64,000 bases of DNA from Dendrobates tinctorius (GCF_039654945.1 NW_027362117.1:1674001-1738000), one strand, 5' to 3'; shown: positions 23,051 through 36,077, counted from the first letter of the stretch. Program-made: numbers and translations. Notes: generated from the letters alone by a model not told the origin.

Positions 23051-26000
23051 CTGTGGAGGGAGAGCGCGAGCGTCAGTGACCGGGAGACAGAAGGAAGAGA
23101 TCAGGGATCGAGCCCAAGAAGATCTGCGCTCGGCCGTTGTCTACGCAGCAGGTGGTCGCTACTAAACTAGGTCCTGAGACTAAGATCTGACGGCCCAGAG
23201 TAGGGGTCTGGACTGCTGGGACCCCCAGCAAGCAGAGGGGACGAGCCTCCGCTCCATTCATAGTCTATGAGCGCTTTTTGTCCAGACATCCAACTTATCT
23301 CCGGCCATCCCATAAATAATGAATGGAGGTCCAGTACGTGCATCCCCCTCCCCGCACTGGGGTCCCAGCAGTCGCTATGAGTGAGGAACACTTTTCAATT
23401 TGAGGAATATCCCTTCAATGAAAAAGGCCAAAACCCACTGTAACCTTATCCTGTTCACACAGCTGTAGGTTTGTGACAGTGTATCTGTATAAGCAACCCA
23501 CTGTGCGGCACAGATCTGCCCTGATCACTACACCGACGAGGCCATAAAGCTACAGGTTTTATAGGGTCCCCTGCCCGTTACCACCTCTTATGGCGGAACG
23601 CGGTGATACAACAACTTGTGTCTCGTGCAGATCCAACATGGAAACCAGGCAGATCTCTCTGCGCTAGGAGCGCAGGTTTCGACATGACCCACATCCGGCT
23701 CATCCCCCTCCGCCCCTCTGAATAATACTTAAGGAGCGAGCTTTTAAGACAACAGTACGTACCCAGGAAGTAGCTCATCATCTGGGGCGTGTGGTGCGGG
23801 GTGGGCGCGATCCGCAGCAGCTCCTCTCCACGTGGGACTGTGGGGTAATTAATGGCCTGGACGTAGATGTCGTATTTACTCATCAGCTGGTCGCAGATTT
23901 CTGTATTTTTGGCAGCATCTGCAACCTGGAGGGGAAAATGAAACACGATCATCTGATTCTCCAGCACCATATGATCCCATTGATGCTGGATTAAAGGACT
24001 TTAGGTAACATATCCCCAGCAGCCATCAGGCACTGGGTGCATACTAGAGCCCTGATCCCAGCAGATCGCTAATGCTCAGCTATTCTGGATTATCAGACGC
24101 CGGACTTTCCCCAATAGTCTGCAATCACCGCTCTCAATCTTGTGGTAAATTGTATCCTGTAGCTGACGAATGCCCGGAGCGGTGCCACCCCGGACACTGT
24201 GCCCAGCCTCCCACCACGGCGCCACCCCGGACACTGTGCCCAGCCTCCCACCATGGCTCCGCCCGAGACACTGTGCCCAGCCTCCCACCACGGCTCCGCC
24301 CGAGACACTGTGCCCAGCCTCCCACCACGGCTCCGCCCCAGACACTGCCCAGCCTCCCACCACAGCTCCGCCCCAGACACTGTGCCCAGCCTCCCACCAC
24401 GGCTCCGCCCCAGACACTGTGCCCAGCCTCCCACCACGGCTCCGCCCCAGACACTGTGCCCAGCCTCCCACCACGGCTCCGCCCCAGACACTGTGCCCAG
24501 CCTCCCACCACGGCTCCGCCCCAGACACTGTGCCCAGCCTCCCACCATGGCTCCGCCCCAGACACTGTGCCCAGCCTCCCACCATGGCTCCGCCCTGGAC
24601 ACGGTGCCACACCGAACACTGTGCCCAGCCTCCCACCACTGCTCCGCCCTGGACACGGTGCCCAACCTCCCACCACTGCGCCACCCCGGACATTGTGCCC
24701 AGCCTCCCACCACTGCTCCGCCCTGGACACGGTGCCACCCCGGACACTGTGCCCAGCCTCCCACCACGGCGCCACCCCAGACACTGTGCCCAGCCTCCCA
24801 CCATGGCTCCGCCCTGGACACTGTGCCACACCGGACACTGTGCCCAGCCTCCCACCACTGCTCCGCCCTGGACACGGTGCCCAACCTCCCACCACTGCTC
24901 CACCCTGGACATGGTGCCCAACCTCCCACCACTGCGCCACCCTGGACACGGTGCCACTCCGGTCATTGTGCCCAGCCTCCCACCACAGCTCCGCCCTGGA
25001 CACGGTGCCACCCCGGACATTGTGCCCAGCCTCCCACCACTGCTCCGCCCTGGACACGGTGCCACTCCGGACATTGTACCCAGCCTCCCACCACTGCTCC
25101 GCCCTGGAAACGGTGCCACCCCAGACACAGTGCCCAGCCCTGGCAGCTGGCCAGTCCTTACTCTGATGGGGATGATGTGGCTGGGGCAATGCACCACGGG
25201 GAGCCCGGCGTCCATCAGCATCTGCCGTAGGAGTTTGACGTTGCGCTGGTGCTGTCGCCTCAGGACCTGCCCTTCTTTGCTCTTCAACACCCGGACAGAC
25301 GCCATGGCTCCAGCCAGCAGCATGGGTGGTAGGGAGGTGGTGAAGATGAAGCCGGCGGCATAGGAGCGGACCGTGTCGATCAGAGCGCTGGTGCTGGCAA
25401 TGTAACCTCCTACGCAGCCAAATGCTTTGCCTAAAGAAGAGACGCCGAGCAGTGAACTACGAGGATTCACCTCAAATCTACAAGATCTCTGCTTGCTGTT
25501 AATGAATGAACCATTTACCCAGAGTGCCGGAGATCATATCCATCTTACTCATGACTCCATCACGATCGCCAATCCCCCCGCCTCGGGCGCCATATAACCC
25601 GACTGCATGCACTTCATCCACAAACGTGATTGCTCCGTACTCGTGTGCCACATCGCACAGCTCCTCCAGGGGGCAGACGGCGCCTGCAAGGGTCAATCAT
25701 TAACATCAGAATAGACATCGATACAAGGAACAAAGGATTCATAACAAGTTTTACACATTCAGAAGCCGGCAGATAATGGTGACAATTCTGCAATCTCGCC
25801 ACCAAATATTTACCCGAAACACACCCCTCCCCCGAGCGACCCGGCGCACACAGCGGCAATAGTCAATGTGCCTATTAAGTTTACCATCTTCCCTCTACCC
25901 TTTCCATCGCTGGGATCCCAAGATCCTGAGAACAGGGGTCTCAAAGTGGCATGTGTGAACCCTGCGCCATTCAGTGTATAGTGGGGGTGGGTGCGGTGCT

Positions 26001-29000
26001 CCATTTATATAATGCATGGAGGAGGGGGCATAGGTTTGGTGCGGTCTTAGCAGCCAGAACCCCCAGCAATCGGTAATGTCTATGGGACAACTCCTTTAAT
26101 AAAAAAAAAAAATAAATATAAAAGCAACTGTGTAACCCACTTTAATTTCTGACCACTGCTTGCTGTCAGTGAACGGTGAAGCTCTCTAGGGCAGGTTTTC
26201 CTGCACAGATACGATGTTACATTTGCATCCAGTTTACACAATGCAGTCAGTGACCGGCTCTGGACTGCCGGCTGATACATTGTATCTGTTAGGACGGGAG
26301 AGCTCGGAGCGGTGTCGCTTGTCTACATGGATACATTGTAACACCCTTATTTGCTCCAGATGTGTTAAGCCCGTTAGTTTCCATTCCCTGACAGCCGGCA
26401 GAGGTTCTGAAGATTGAGAAGAACTGAACAAAGTTTGTTAGAAAGTTAAAACGTTTTTATTTGACGCTGGTGAAGCCGCACGACGCTGCGCACACTCACC
26501 ATCCATGGAATGGACGGTCTCGAAGGCCACGATCTTGGGGGTGGCGGGGTCGGAGTTCTTTAGCAGCTCCCGCAGGTGAGCCACGTCGTTGTGGCGGAAG
26601 ATGTACTTGGGCACACGGCTGTTGCGGATCCCCTGGATCATGGAGGCGTGATTCCCAGAGTCTGAGTAGATCTCACAACCTAGAAGATCGGGGGTTAAAG
26701 TCGCCTTAACATTACAGTCCTATAAGCTGTTGTGAAGCCGTGCATACTGGGACTTGTAGTGCACACCAACTGCAGGCTTCGGCCATTCACCAGCAGTCGG
26801 TCAGATCCTCACTTACCGGGCAACATCTTAGCCAGGGTGAAGAGCGTGGAGTCATTCGCCACAAAACACGAGGAGAAGAGCAGCGCCGCGTCTTTACCGT
26901 GCAGGTCGGCCAACTCGTGCTCCAGATCCACATGGAATTTACTTGTGCCCGAGATGTTCCTGGTGCCGCCCGCTCCGGCCCCGTGATATTTTAGGGTCTC
27001 ACTATAGGAATATACAAGAGGTGAGGCAAGAGCAAATTCTTCTTAAAGGGGAAGTGCATAAAGCAATCTCTGTGGGGCAACATGTAATGGTTTGCACAAC
27101 TGCGATGTGTCGCCCTGCGGAAGCTTCCATGTTCTATTCCTTGTAACATGTGGCGGAAGCAATAACAATAAAAGGAGTCAATACTCTGGATACACGGTAT
27201 TGCTTAAACCGTGGCACAACAGCTGTTGTGAAACTACCACTCCCAACATGCAAACACATATGCCGATACACTGGAGGAGGAGGAGGAGAGGGGTGAGATG
27301 TCAGCCACAAGTGAGAAGGTGAACATCCAGTATAGAAACTATGATCGTGTGTATAGGAGACGGAGCGCCGTACAAAGGGCCAACTACAGATCTAATCCCC
27401 GGATCAGGGGGGGGGGGGTCACAGGAGCAGAGGTTTCCCTTACACAGAGCTCGGCGTCTATCTGGGTAACGGCAGCTCCGACGCCTGAAAATTGGGTCCA
27501 TGTGACAATGGTCCGAGGTCACAACACACCGGCTCTATTATAAAGGGACCTTACCCAGCCAGGGGAGGAACGTGGAGCGAAACATGAGAAATACAAGAGG
27601 CGACGTGACCCAGATCAGGGCCCCCGCTAAACGCAGATTCAGGTCAGGACATAATCACGTCGTTATGGCTCCTTTATCCCATGTGAATGGAGGAAATGTA
27701 ATTATGTTCTATACCATACAGCCCGGGATTAGCCCAGCACATAATGGGTGTCTGTACTTCTGTGCCCCCCAGGGGAATCGACCTACATTCTAGATTATAG
27801 ATGACATGGGGGGAGACGAGGGGCTGCAGAGACGATCACTGACACAGTGAAATCACTGTTTTTTTGGGTCACTGTTTCCACGTGTAGAATGTCTGCAGTG
27901 ATACATTGTATCCAGGCCATCAGATGGAAGGCGAGCGCTCGGCAGCCTCCTCCGCCCACACAGGTTAAACGCAGCGTCGGCCGGACACGTGCACCCAGGA
28001 TCTATTCTAACGGGACACGAGCGCCCCAATCCGACAGCCAGCGCCCCAATCCGACAGCTATTTCTGCTCTCAGCATTCAGACCCTCACTGATCTGTTTTC
28101 ACCAGTCAACCCCTTTAAGAAACTTGAAGAATCAAAACTCACACGACCGCTCCGACCACTTCTGGATGGCGGCTCATCCCCAGGTAGTCGTTGCTGCACC
28201 ACACTGAGACAGACTTCTTACTGACCAGCGAGTCAGAGTAGTCGTCGGCCATGGGAAAGACCTGAGCGCGGCGGTTGACGGTTTTGAACACGCGGTACGT
28301 GTGGTCGCTTTTTTTTTCTTCTATTTTTTTCTCAAAGAAGTGGTCGTATTGGAAAGTGCGCACGGCTGAGGACAAAAGATACATTACATGAATGCAAGGA
28401 TTACACAGGCACATGCTGCGCCAGCCGGGGTCTCAACACACCGCGATCACAGCCATGCCATGCTCGTCTTACCAGACGTACAGATGGAGTATTTATACTG
28501 AGGAGGGTTTACATATTATTTCTATATTCATTGTTTCCAATCCTCAGGATGCAGCCTGCAGTGTAAAGAATGGAGGTTTTCAATCGGCCCTTTCTACATC
28601 ACTTGTAGCAGATCTCATTTAATATAACTTGCAGGAATGTAACTATAATAGGTGAAGGTTGTAATCGGAACCAGTGCCCTGGAGCCTAGAGGGGCCCCTA
28701 TGAAAAGACTAATAAAGATCTCCAATAGTTGGGGGTCCCGTTTGAGACTTTTCCCTCGGGCCCACAAGACTCAGGTTACACCACTGATCATCTGGATAGA
28801 TTGGGAGGTTTATTACACACTGAATGGACAAGCCTAACACAGAGCCATGACTGCCCCCATTCTTTATACTGCAGGCTGCATCCCGAGAAATGATCACGTT
28901 TTATATCATTTGGGGCTTCGGTGCTGAGGGCAGCGAGGAGCGTAGGACAGTTACATTTTGGCATGTTATCCTGGAGGAGATGAGACACCAGTTCGGGCTT

Positions 29001-32000
29001 CTGGAATTGCTCCAGGACCCTCATCTTCCTCTCCGGCTTCGGATCAGATATGGCCGGCTCCACGACAGGCGACGACTTCTGGTCTGAAAACGTACAATTC
29101 AGGAATGTTTGTCACACAAGAAACTCCAACAATAATATGGCGAGAAGAATAGAAGGCGAGTCGGGAGCCGAGCCCATGGGGGGAGGGGAGTCTGGATCGT
29201 AAGCAGGGAGCGGCCGAGGAGCCAAGAGGCGAAGAAGCAGCCTTGACCCCCACACATGCTGGATTATAACGGGGGCGACTACCCCATCCTGGTTGGGGGT
29301 GTGAGGGCGGCCACAGCACATCCCGATGGGAGCAGTAATTGCAGCAGATTTGTAAGAAAAGGGGGTAATTACCAAAGATATTAAGCAGCTGTCTACAATG
29401 GCTGACCGCATGGCGGTAGGTGCAGAACGTACCTTTCCTCCGGCTCCGCACTTCGCGCACATCCTCCTGCAGAGCGAGGCTGGCCTTGCGGAACACGCTG
29501 CTGCTCTCCTGGCTCAGCTCTCCGGCCAGGAAGGGGCACTTGGATGCGCTCTGCTCGGCCGGCGCCTGGGACGCGGGGCAGGAGACAGCCGCTGCCGGAG
29601 GCTTCGTATCTGATGAGAAGAAATACAAATATTCCGGTTTACAGGAAGTTGTGCTTTGGAAACACTTTAATACATGTCCTCTCATCCGGCATCGTGAGAT
29701 CTGAGAGGTGCCGGATTACCGGACAATCAGAGGAGACTACGCCCCTCACTGCTCAGAGGATTTATCAGGTCATCGGCCGCAGGATTAAATGGAATCTTAC
29801 TGAATAAAGTCTGAAACTTAATAAAACATTTGTTACGTCACAGAATGACAAAGCAAATTAAGATCTGGCAGGACAGGGCGTTCTGCAACACAAACATGAA
29901 ATATAAACCTTGCTTCACCCCAGCACAGGAGCAGCCGAGTTCAGAGATTAGGCTGATCCGGAGCCAAGGCGAGGCCGCTCTGTGCCGCACCTCCCCGGGT
30001 CTGATCCTGTGCCAACGAGCAAACTCCGCTCACCCCGCGCAGCGCCAGGGTTATAACACGGCTGCAGAATCCTAGAACACGTGCCGGATTATCAGATGCT
30101 GGATTACAAGAATAACGGCTCAAGCAGACGTGTCCGAGCAGGGACTAGTAATGCACAGACCGACCGCGAGTCTCCGGACCGGAGTACGATGGCTTCAAGC
30201 ATTTCTATGCAGCGGTCATGCCGGGGTCAGGGGAGACGCGGCCAGTCCTGGCATCACGGTCACAGATCGGATCAAGATCCACGGACGTCCTCATGAGCCC
30301 AACACTAGCGTTAGTAATCCACCATCCAATAATCAAGAAAGTCTGATAATCTGGCATACGACTGCAGTGACTGGTAACTTGTTACAGCAGACAATTTACC
30401 CTTCACACAAATGACTGATGTGGATTCTTCTCTTGGAAATCTCAATCCAACACCCATCAGGTCACCTTGACGCCAGATTAAAGGAATTTTACAAAATGAG
30501 AAGTTTCTATTGCTGCACATCCTGTAATCCGGCATATGACCAGCAACAAGCTCAGACGTGAAATCTGCTCTGCTAGAATCCGCCCTGGATAATCACGAGA
30601 CGGAGACACGAGTGATGATCCAGAACCCATGATCCCACCGGGCGGGGAAAGGAGGGCAGAGGGTGCGGCCGCCCCAGGCCCTGCGCTCTGAGGAGCCCAC
30701 CCTATGTACATAGCGCGCCGATACAGATACCTCTGCGGCAGCAGGGAGACGATCGCTCTGCACGGCCACCATCCGCCCTGTAGGTCACTTTAGTCCAGCG
30801 GCCTGCAGAACAGCCGGTCCAGAGCGGAGCACACACCGCACGCAGCATCACCGCCTTCGTCTGCCTGAGACCTGCCGCTGTCTGCTGCTGGACTCGCGGG
30901 TGTAAGGAGAGGAGATGAGGCTTATTCTTATCTCTTAAAACTGTGTTATGGCCCTATGTGGGGGCTACAAACGAGACCACTAAATAACGTGGGCTACTGA
31001 TGAGGCCCCCATAAATAGTAGGTGCTACTAAGGGGAAGCCATGATACACAGTGTGGGCTACCACAGAGAGTGGGGGCATCATACCGTGTACAGGTCGAGA
31101 CTCGGGACATTCCATGTAAAGGGGGCATTTAATGTTATAGGAGAACTCCGGTTACTGTGACAGTAAAGGGCCACACACAGGGCAAGATTACTTACTAGGG
31201 GGCACAATGTGGGCTCTGTTTTCTTGAGCACTTGCACCTGGCATTACTATATTCTAGAGAGTTGCTTTAGAATTTAGAGGGCACATAGAATCACACAGCA
31301 GGTGCAGTAACAGGGTCACATACGGCAGCAGCGGCTCAGTATTAGGGTACCAGCAGGATAAGGAGATTGTGCAGGTTGGGAATCGTCCCATTGGGGACGA
31401 TGCTGAAAAGATGAGACATGAAATGTGTCTGTGCTGTAATATCTGCAGCCGAGTTCTAGATGGAAGAAGTCGTCATGTCGGTCTGGGCCAGATGGAAAAG
31501 ACGAGAAAAGTGAACGATTCCATCAGAAAGAACGTCAGCGGTAAGTCACCATCTATAACTGTGCTGTGATCTCTTGTATGTCCTGCAGCACTGATATCTA
31601 CACTATGTGTCACCATATGGCGGTAATATCAGTGTTAGTCTTTGTATAGAGATTATTTCCAGTAACCGAGCGGTCATCTGCTGAGGATCTCCTACATCCA
31701 CTATTAGGGGGTGCCACCATAGTGGTAATCAGGGACACCTGGTTAGGGGCCACTCAAAGGTTCCCCACCCCCCACACACAAACCCCTAGCTATGACTCTG
31801 GATCCCAGATTAAAAGAATTTTCTATTTTTTTGTGTCTTCCATCAGTCCGGCATTTATAAGACACAGATCTATTGGGATTTCAGGACTGAAACTCCGTTC
31901 TCAGATCCTTCTGAACCGTCATCAGTCTGGGCGGAATCAGGAGTCACTTCAATTTGTGTTATTTCAAATTAAAGGAATTTTTTGGATTTAAAACTTTAAT

Positions 32001-32791
32001 CCCCCCCCCCCCCTCCTCGGGTGAATATTTGCTGCTGAGGTTTCGGCTGATCCAGATCGATAAGTATAAGTAACCCTCGCCAGTCTAATGTGACAACCAG
32101 AAGTGATCGCTTGTATGCTCAGTCTGTGGCAGAGCGCCGCGCCATTGTTATATAGGGTGAAGTGCAACCGAGTCCAAGGCCCAGAGGACAAAGGGCGGAC
32201 AGCTATAAATACATAATATATCTATCCCTGTACTGAAGGTCAGGGACAATTCTGGAATCCTCAGTGGGGGAGGACCCCTAATAAAAGGGATTGGTGCCTC
32301 GCTGCCCAATAATGCACTGTGGGGGGGAGGGGATATTTGAGCACAAAGGTTTATTTTAGAGTGCAAGCTCCGAACGCAGGAATGTCATGTGACCAGCAAT
32401 GAGAGTGTTAGGAACCCTTACTGCAGGACAGGTAACAGCAATGATGGGAGCAGGACTCCTCTGCAGGCAAAGGGCGTTAGCAGTTAATGGAATATATTCG
32501 GGAATTGCCATTCATGCATTTTTTTAGAATCTAGGCCCAGCTGTATAACTACAACTCTCCGCATCCCATGCACCCAGGCGAGTGCTGGCTCTTACTCTGA
32601 CTGCTGCTCGACGTCTCCTTGGTCTCCTGGCGGTGCGCGGCGGAGGTGCTCAGCTGGGCGCCGGACAGGGGTCTGGGCGCCATCATCACAGGGCAGTTCT
32701 GGGCATAGGAGATCAGAGATTTGCCGGCTTTCTGGAGGAAGGTCTGCGAGACCCTGGAGAGGAAGGGGCAACGGCGGACGATTGCCTCCAT
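22890..32791 (-). CDS. ALAS1: 5-aminolevulinate synthase 1, non-specific mitochondrial, 615 aa; complement(join(22890..23050,23763..23925,25162..25430,25519..25683,26500..26679,26817..27001,28143..28365,28955..29083,29433..29609,32596..32791))
   Basis: N-terminus [37 protein letters not shown] is ALAS1-type with heme regulatory CP motifs. Also [33 protein letters not shown], the PLP lysine in SGTLGKAFG and a C-terminal CNFC. Ten exons sum to 1848 nt in frame, all GT-AG; divergent neighbour is POC1A. Confidence 0.98.
23763..23925 (-). CDS. ALAS1: ALAS1 coding exon 9
   Basis: [45 protein letters not shown]...; ag/gt flanks. Confidence 0.96.
24180..25138. repeat. 37-bp (and longer variant) C-rich minisatellite in an ALAS1 intron, starting about 20 nt from the donor
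   Basis: Unit agacactgtgcccagcctcccaccacggctccgcccc; variants carry an extra ctggacacggtgccaccc segment. Confidence 0.95.
25162..25430 (-). CDS. ALAS1: ALAS1 coding exon 8
   Basis: (G)[13 protein letters not shown]...[10 protein letters not shown]; ag/gt flanks. Confidence 0.96.
25519..25683 (-). CDS. ALAS1: ALAS1 coding exon 7
   Basis: (G)[31 protein letters not shown]...ISGTL; ag/gt flanks. Confidence 0.96.
26500..26679 (-). CDS. ALAS1: ALAS1 coding exon 6
   Basis: (G)[20 protein letters not shown]...[10 protein letters not shown]; ag/gt flanks. Confidence 0.96.
26817..27001 (-). CDS. ALAS1: ALAS1 coding exon 5
   Basis: [24 protein letters not shown]...FTLAKMLP; ag/gt flanks. Confidence 0.96.
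28143..28365 (-). CDS. ALAS1: ALAS1 coding exon 4
   Basis: [33 protein letters not shown]...[13 protein letters not shown]; ag/gt flanks. Confidence 0.96.
28955..29083 (-). CDS. ALAS1: ALAS1 coding exon 3
   Basis: (D)[13 protein letters not shown]...[14 protein letters not shown]; ag/gt flanks. Confidence 0.92.
29433..29609 (-). CDS. ALAS1: ALAS1 coding exon 2
   Basis: (N)[31 protein letters not shown]...[14 protein letters not shown]; ag/gt flanks. Confidence 0.92.
30930..31800. mobile_element. Probable non-autonomous DNA transposon remnant (hAT-like terminus) in an ALAS1 intron
   Basis: Ends in ccctagctatgactctg, resembling CAG..GCGTAGC-type termini; other end not resolved, boundaries approximate. 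Confidence 0.35.
32596..32791 (-). CDS. ALAS1: ALAS1 first coding exon (splice acceptor at 32806, so an upstream non-coding exon exists)
   Basis: Reverse complement: cttcttag|atccagtgatcagtATGGAGGCA ... CAG A|gtaag. Confidence 0.96.
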
Positions 32792-33119
32792 ACTGATCAC
32801 TGGATCTAAGAAGAGACAAGAGTCAAGATCAGCGGCGCAGATCACAACACGTACTAGAGCGCGACCAAGAACAGAAAAAAGAAATTACATCAAAAACTTT
32901 AAATTTGTAAAAAAAATAAATATATATTATGACTACTTGTCATCAGTGACTACATTTACTGTTTACCTTCAGATTAAGCACCTGACCTTACACTGCTCAC
33001 AGGTGAAGATCTGTAACAATTGCAGCTGTTCTGCACAATCCTTAGCGAGCCAATCACATCGCACCGATCTCCCTCCTGTCCTGATAGGATGAGAGACGCT
33101 TTGTATCAGCAGTTACAAG

Positions 33120-33352
33120 ACTTCTGCTCGTCGTCAGTGAACGGATACATCCACCTTTACATCTAGTCGTAAACTGCTCTGCCTGAATGCTCACAGCTGA
33201 GATTGTTACAATGTGTCACCGCAGCGAAAAATAAATGCATCCAGAGGATTGTGTAGAAGGTTGTAACAAACCCTCAGCTGTGAGAAGGACTCAGGCAGAG
33301 CGGTTTCTATGACTCGGGAGTAAATATCGAGGTGTCCATTGAATGGCAGCAT
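33120..33352. mobile_element. Degenerate palindromic MITE remnant
   Basis: Inverted arms ctgctctgcctgaatgctcacagctga / tcagctgtgagaaggactcaggcagagcgg; related core (tgtaacaaaccctcagct) recurs near 48180. Confidence 0.45.
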
Positions 33353-33761
33353 CTTATAAGCGATGACACAAGGCGGGGTTCACACCGTATCGGGGGGGTC
33401 TCCCGCTCCTCTTACTTCTCCGCTCCGGGTCTCCGGTGATCCGACGACGCCTCAGAAAACCCAGCGGTGACAGAGCGTGACCTGCACTGCGAATTACTAC
33501 AGCCCCCCCTCCACAAACATCACTGCACCCATCATAACAAAGGTAAATATTTACTAAGAAATGTTACAATGTTTCTCATCCAGGCAGGTGATTAACCCTC
33601 CATCGCCCAGGGCAGATAATCACCGCGGCTCCAGACGGTATCTAGGTGCGATTATAACAATCCGATATCAGACAGCGACAAGGTATCGAGAGCACGGCGC
33701 CAGGTTAGAGGCAGAGGGCCGGGGTCAGCTCAGGCGGGCGGGGATCCTCCGACAGATCCGG

Positions 33762-35358
33762 GGGCCGCAGCCTACAGGCGGGGACCGGGGGGGGGGGGGG
33801 GGCGCCGCAGCCTACAGGGGACGGGGGGCGCCCGCAGCCTACAGGGGACGGGGGGCGCCCGCAGCCTACAGGGGACGGGGGGCGCCCGCAGCCTACAGGG
33901 GACGGGGGGCGCCCGCAGCCTACAGGGGACGGGGGGCGCCCGCAGCCTACAGGGGACGGGGGGCGCCCGCAGCCTACAGGGGACGGGGGGCGCCCGCAGC
34001 CTACAGGGGACGGGGGGCGCCCGCAGCCTACAGGGGACGGGGGGCGCCCGCAGCCTACAGGGGACGGGGGGCGCCCGCAGCCTACAGGGGACGGGGGGCG
34101 CCCGCAGCCTACAGGGGACGGGGGGCGCCCGCAGCCTACAGGGGACGGGGGGCGCCCGCAGCCTACAGGGGACGGGGGGCGCCCGCAGCCTACAGGGGAC
34201 GGGGGGCGCCCGCAGCCTACAGGGGACGGGGGGCGCCCGCAGCCTACAGGGGACGGGGGGCGCCCGCAGCCTACAGGGGACGGGGGGCGCCCGCAGCCTA
34301 CAGGGGACGGGGGGCGCCCGCAGCCTACAGGGGACGGGGGGCGCCGCAGCCTACAGGGGACGGGGGGCGCCGCAGCCTACAGGGGACGGGGGGCGCCGCA
34401 GCCTACAGGGGACGGGGGGCGCCGCAGCCTACAGGGGACGGGGGGCGCCGCAGCCTACAGGGGACGGGGGGCGCCGCAGCCTACAGGGGACGGGGGGCGC
34501 CGCAGCCTACAGGGGACGGGGGGCGCCGCAGCCTACAGGGGACGGGGGGCGCCGCAGCCTACAGGGGACGGGGGGCGCCGCAGCCTACAGGGGACGGGGG
34601 GCGCCGCAGCCTACAGGGGACGGGGGGCGCCGCAGCCTACAGGGGACGGGGGGCGCCGCAGCCTACAGGGGACGGGGGGCGCCGCAGCCTACAGGGGACG
34701 GGGGGGCCCGCAGCCTACAGGGGACGGGGGGGCCCGCAGCCTACAGGGGACGGGGGGGCCCGCAGCCTACAGGGGACGGGGGGGCCCGCAGCCTACAGGG
34801 GACGGGGGGGCCCGCAGCCTACAGGGGACGGGGGGGCCCGCAGCCTACAGGGGACGGGGGGGCCCGCAGCCTACAGGGGACGGGGGGGCCCGCAGCCTAC
34901 AGGGGACGGGGGGCGCCGCAGCCTACAGGGGACGGGAGGGCCCGCAGCCTACAGGGGACGGGAGGGCCCGCAGCCTACAGGGGACGGGGGGGCCCGCAGC
35001 CTACAGGGGACGGGGGGGCCCGCAGCCTACAGGGGACGGGGGGGCCCGCAGCCTACAGGGGACGGGGGGCCCGCAGCCTACAGGGGACGGGGGGCCCACA
35101 GCCTACAGGGGACGGGAGGGCCCGCAGCCTACAGGGGACGGGGGGCCCGCAGCCTACAGGGGACGGGGGGCCCGCAGCCTACAGGGGACGGGGGGCGCCG
35201 CAGCCTACAGGGGACGGGAGGGCCCGCAGCCTACAGGGGACGGGAGGGCCCGCAGCCTACAGGGGACGGGGGGGCCCGCAGCCTACAGGGGACGGGAGGG
35301 CCCGCAGCCTACAGGGGACGGGAGGGCCCGCAGCCTACAGGGGGGGGGCAGCCTACAG
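33762..35358. repeat. 26/27-bp very GC-rich minisatellite (gcagcctacaggggacggggggcgccc), about 59 copies, ALAS1 intron 1
   Basis: Direct periodicity; variant units are arranged in blocks. Confidence 0.97.
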
Positions 35359-35592
35359 GCGCGCCCTCAATAAACCAGAGGAGTGAAAGCACAAAAATCA
35401 CATCACAGGGAATAATAAATTATAGAATAATAATAATGTAACAAAAAAAAGTAAAGAAAGTGAAGACAGACAGAAACATAATAAAGTATGAATGGACAGA
35501 CTGTAGAAGCCGCGAGGAGCAGCCACCAGTGGAACTACAAGTCCCAGGAGAGCGGCTACGGCCGGAGGTGTGTGGAGGCAGCGGCCACTCAC

Positions 35593-35700
35593 GGTGCTCG
35601 GTGCGGGCTCAGGTCTCCGGTCGGTGCTCGGTGCGGGCTCACTGCTCAGGTCTCTGGCGGAACCGCAATGTCACCTGGTAATGTAAGGTCTTCCGGCTGA
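35593..35700 (-). other. ALAS1: Probable ALAS1 non-coding exon 1
   Basis: Minus-strand donor cc|gtgagt at 35592 inside a CpG-rich tract immediately downstream of CCAAT boxes; 5' limit is a guess. Confidence 0.5.
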
Positions 35701-35890
35701 TCGCTCCCCGCGCCCTGCGCTGTGTGATTGGTGCACGCTAACGCCCGCCTCCCGGCACTAACCAATCCAGTTACAGTATAGCGATAGTCTGCTGACGTCA
35801 AAAAATTGTTCTCGCTGTGACCCCGCCCACTTTTTAAAGGGCCACACACGTGTTTCGGACCCTGCTCCGGTACCCGGGGGCCGAGGTTCA
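35701..35890 (-). promoter_or_regulatory. ALAS1 proximal promoter
   Basis: ATTGG 35727, CCAAT 35762, full CRE TGACGTCA 35793-35800, GC box CCCCGCCC 35821, E-box CACGTG 35847-35852; ACTACAAGTCCCAG (ZNF143/THAP11-type) at 35534. Confidence 0.7.
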
Positions 35891-36077
35891 TACGGTGATA
35901 AATGTAAATATTTTTGTCTAAAAATCATTTTTGCAATTGGGTTTCATTACACATTTTGCAGTGTTGTTGTCTACAGCCGCCGGGCTGCTCCGTGCATTGT
36001 GGACCGCGTTCACACATGAAGCGTTTACACAGCGATTCCACAGAGAAATCTGGACTGAATCCATGGTCACTTGTGAT

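Noticed and set aside
24072-25470. ORFs of 279-464 aa on both strands
   Set aside because: Read-through of the 37-bp repeat; only 25162-25430 is a real ALAS1 exon.
28547-28883. 27-bp imperfect inverted repeat in an ALAS1 intron as a regulatory RNA structure
   Set aside because: More simply explained as old MITE remnants; no supporting motif.
32792-32805. CAGTGA in the ALAS 5' UTR as an iron-responsive element (ALAS2 feature)
   Set aside because: Flanks in the predicted spliced UTR do not form the 5-bp stem; protein and synteny indicate ALAS1.
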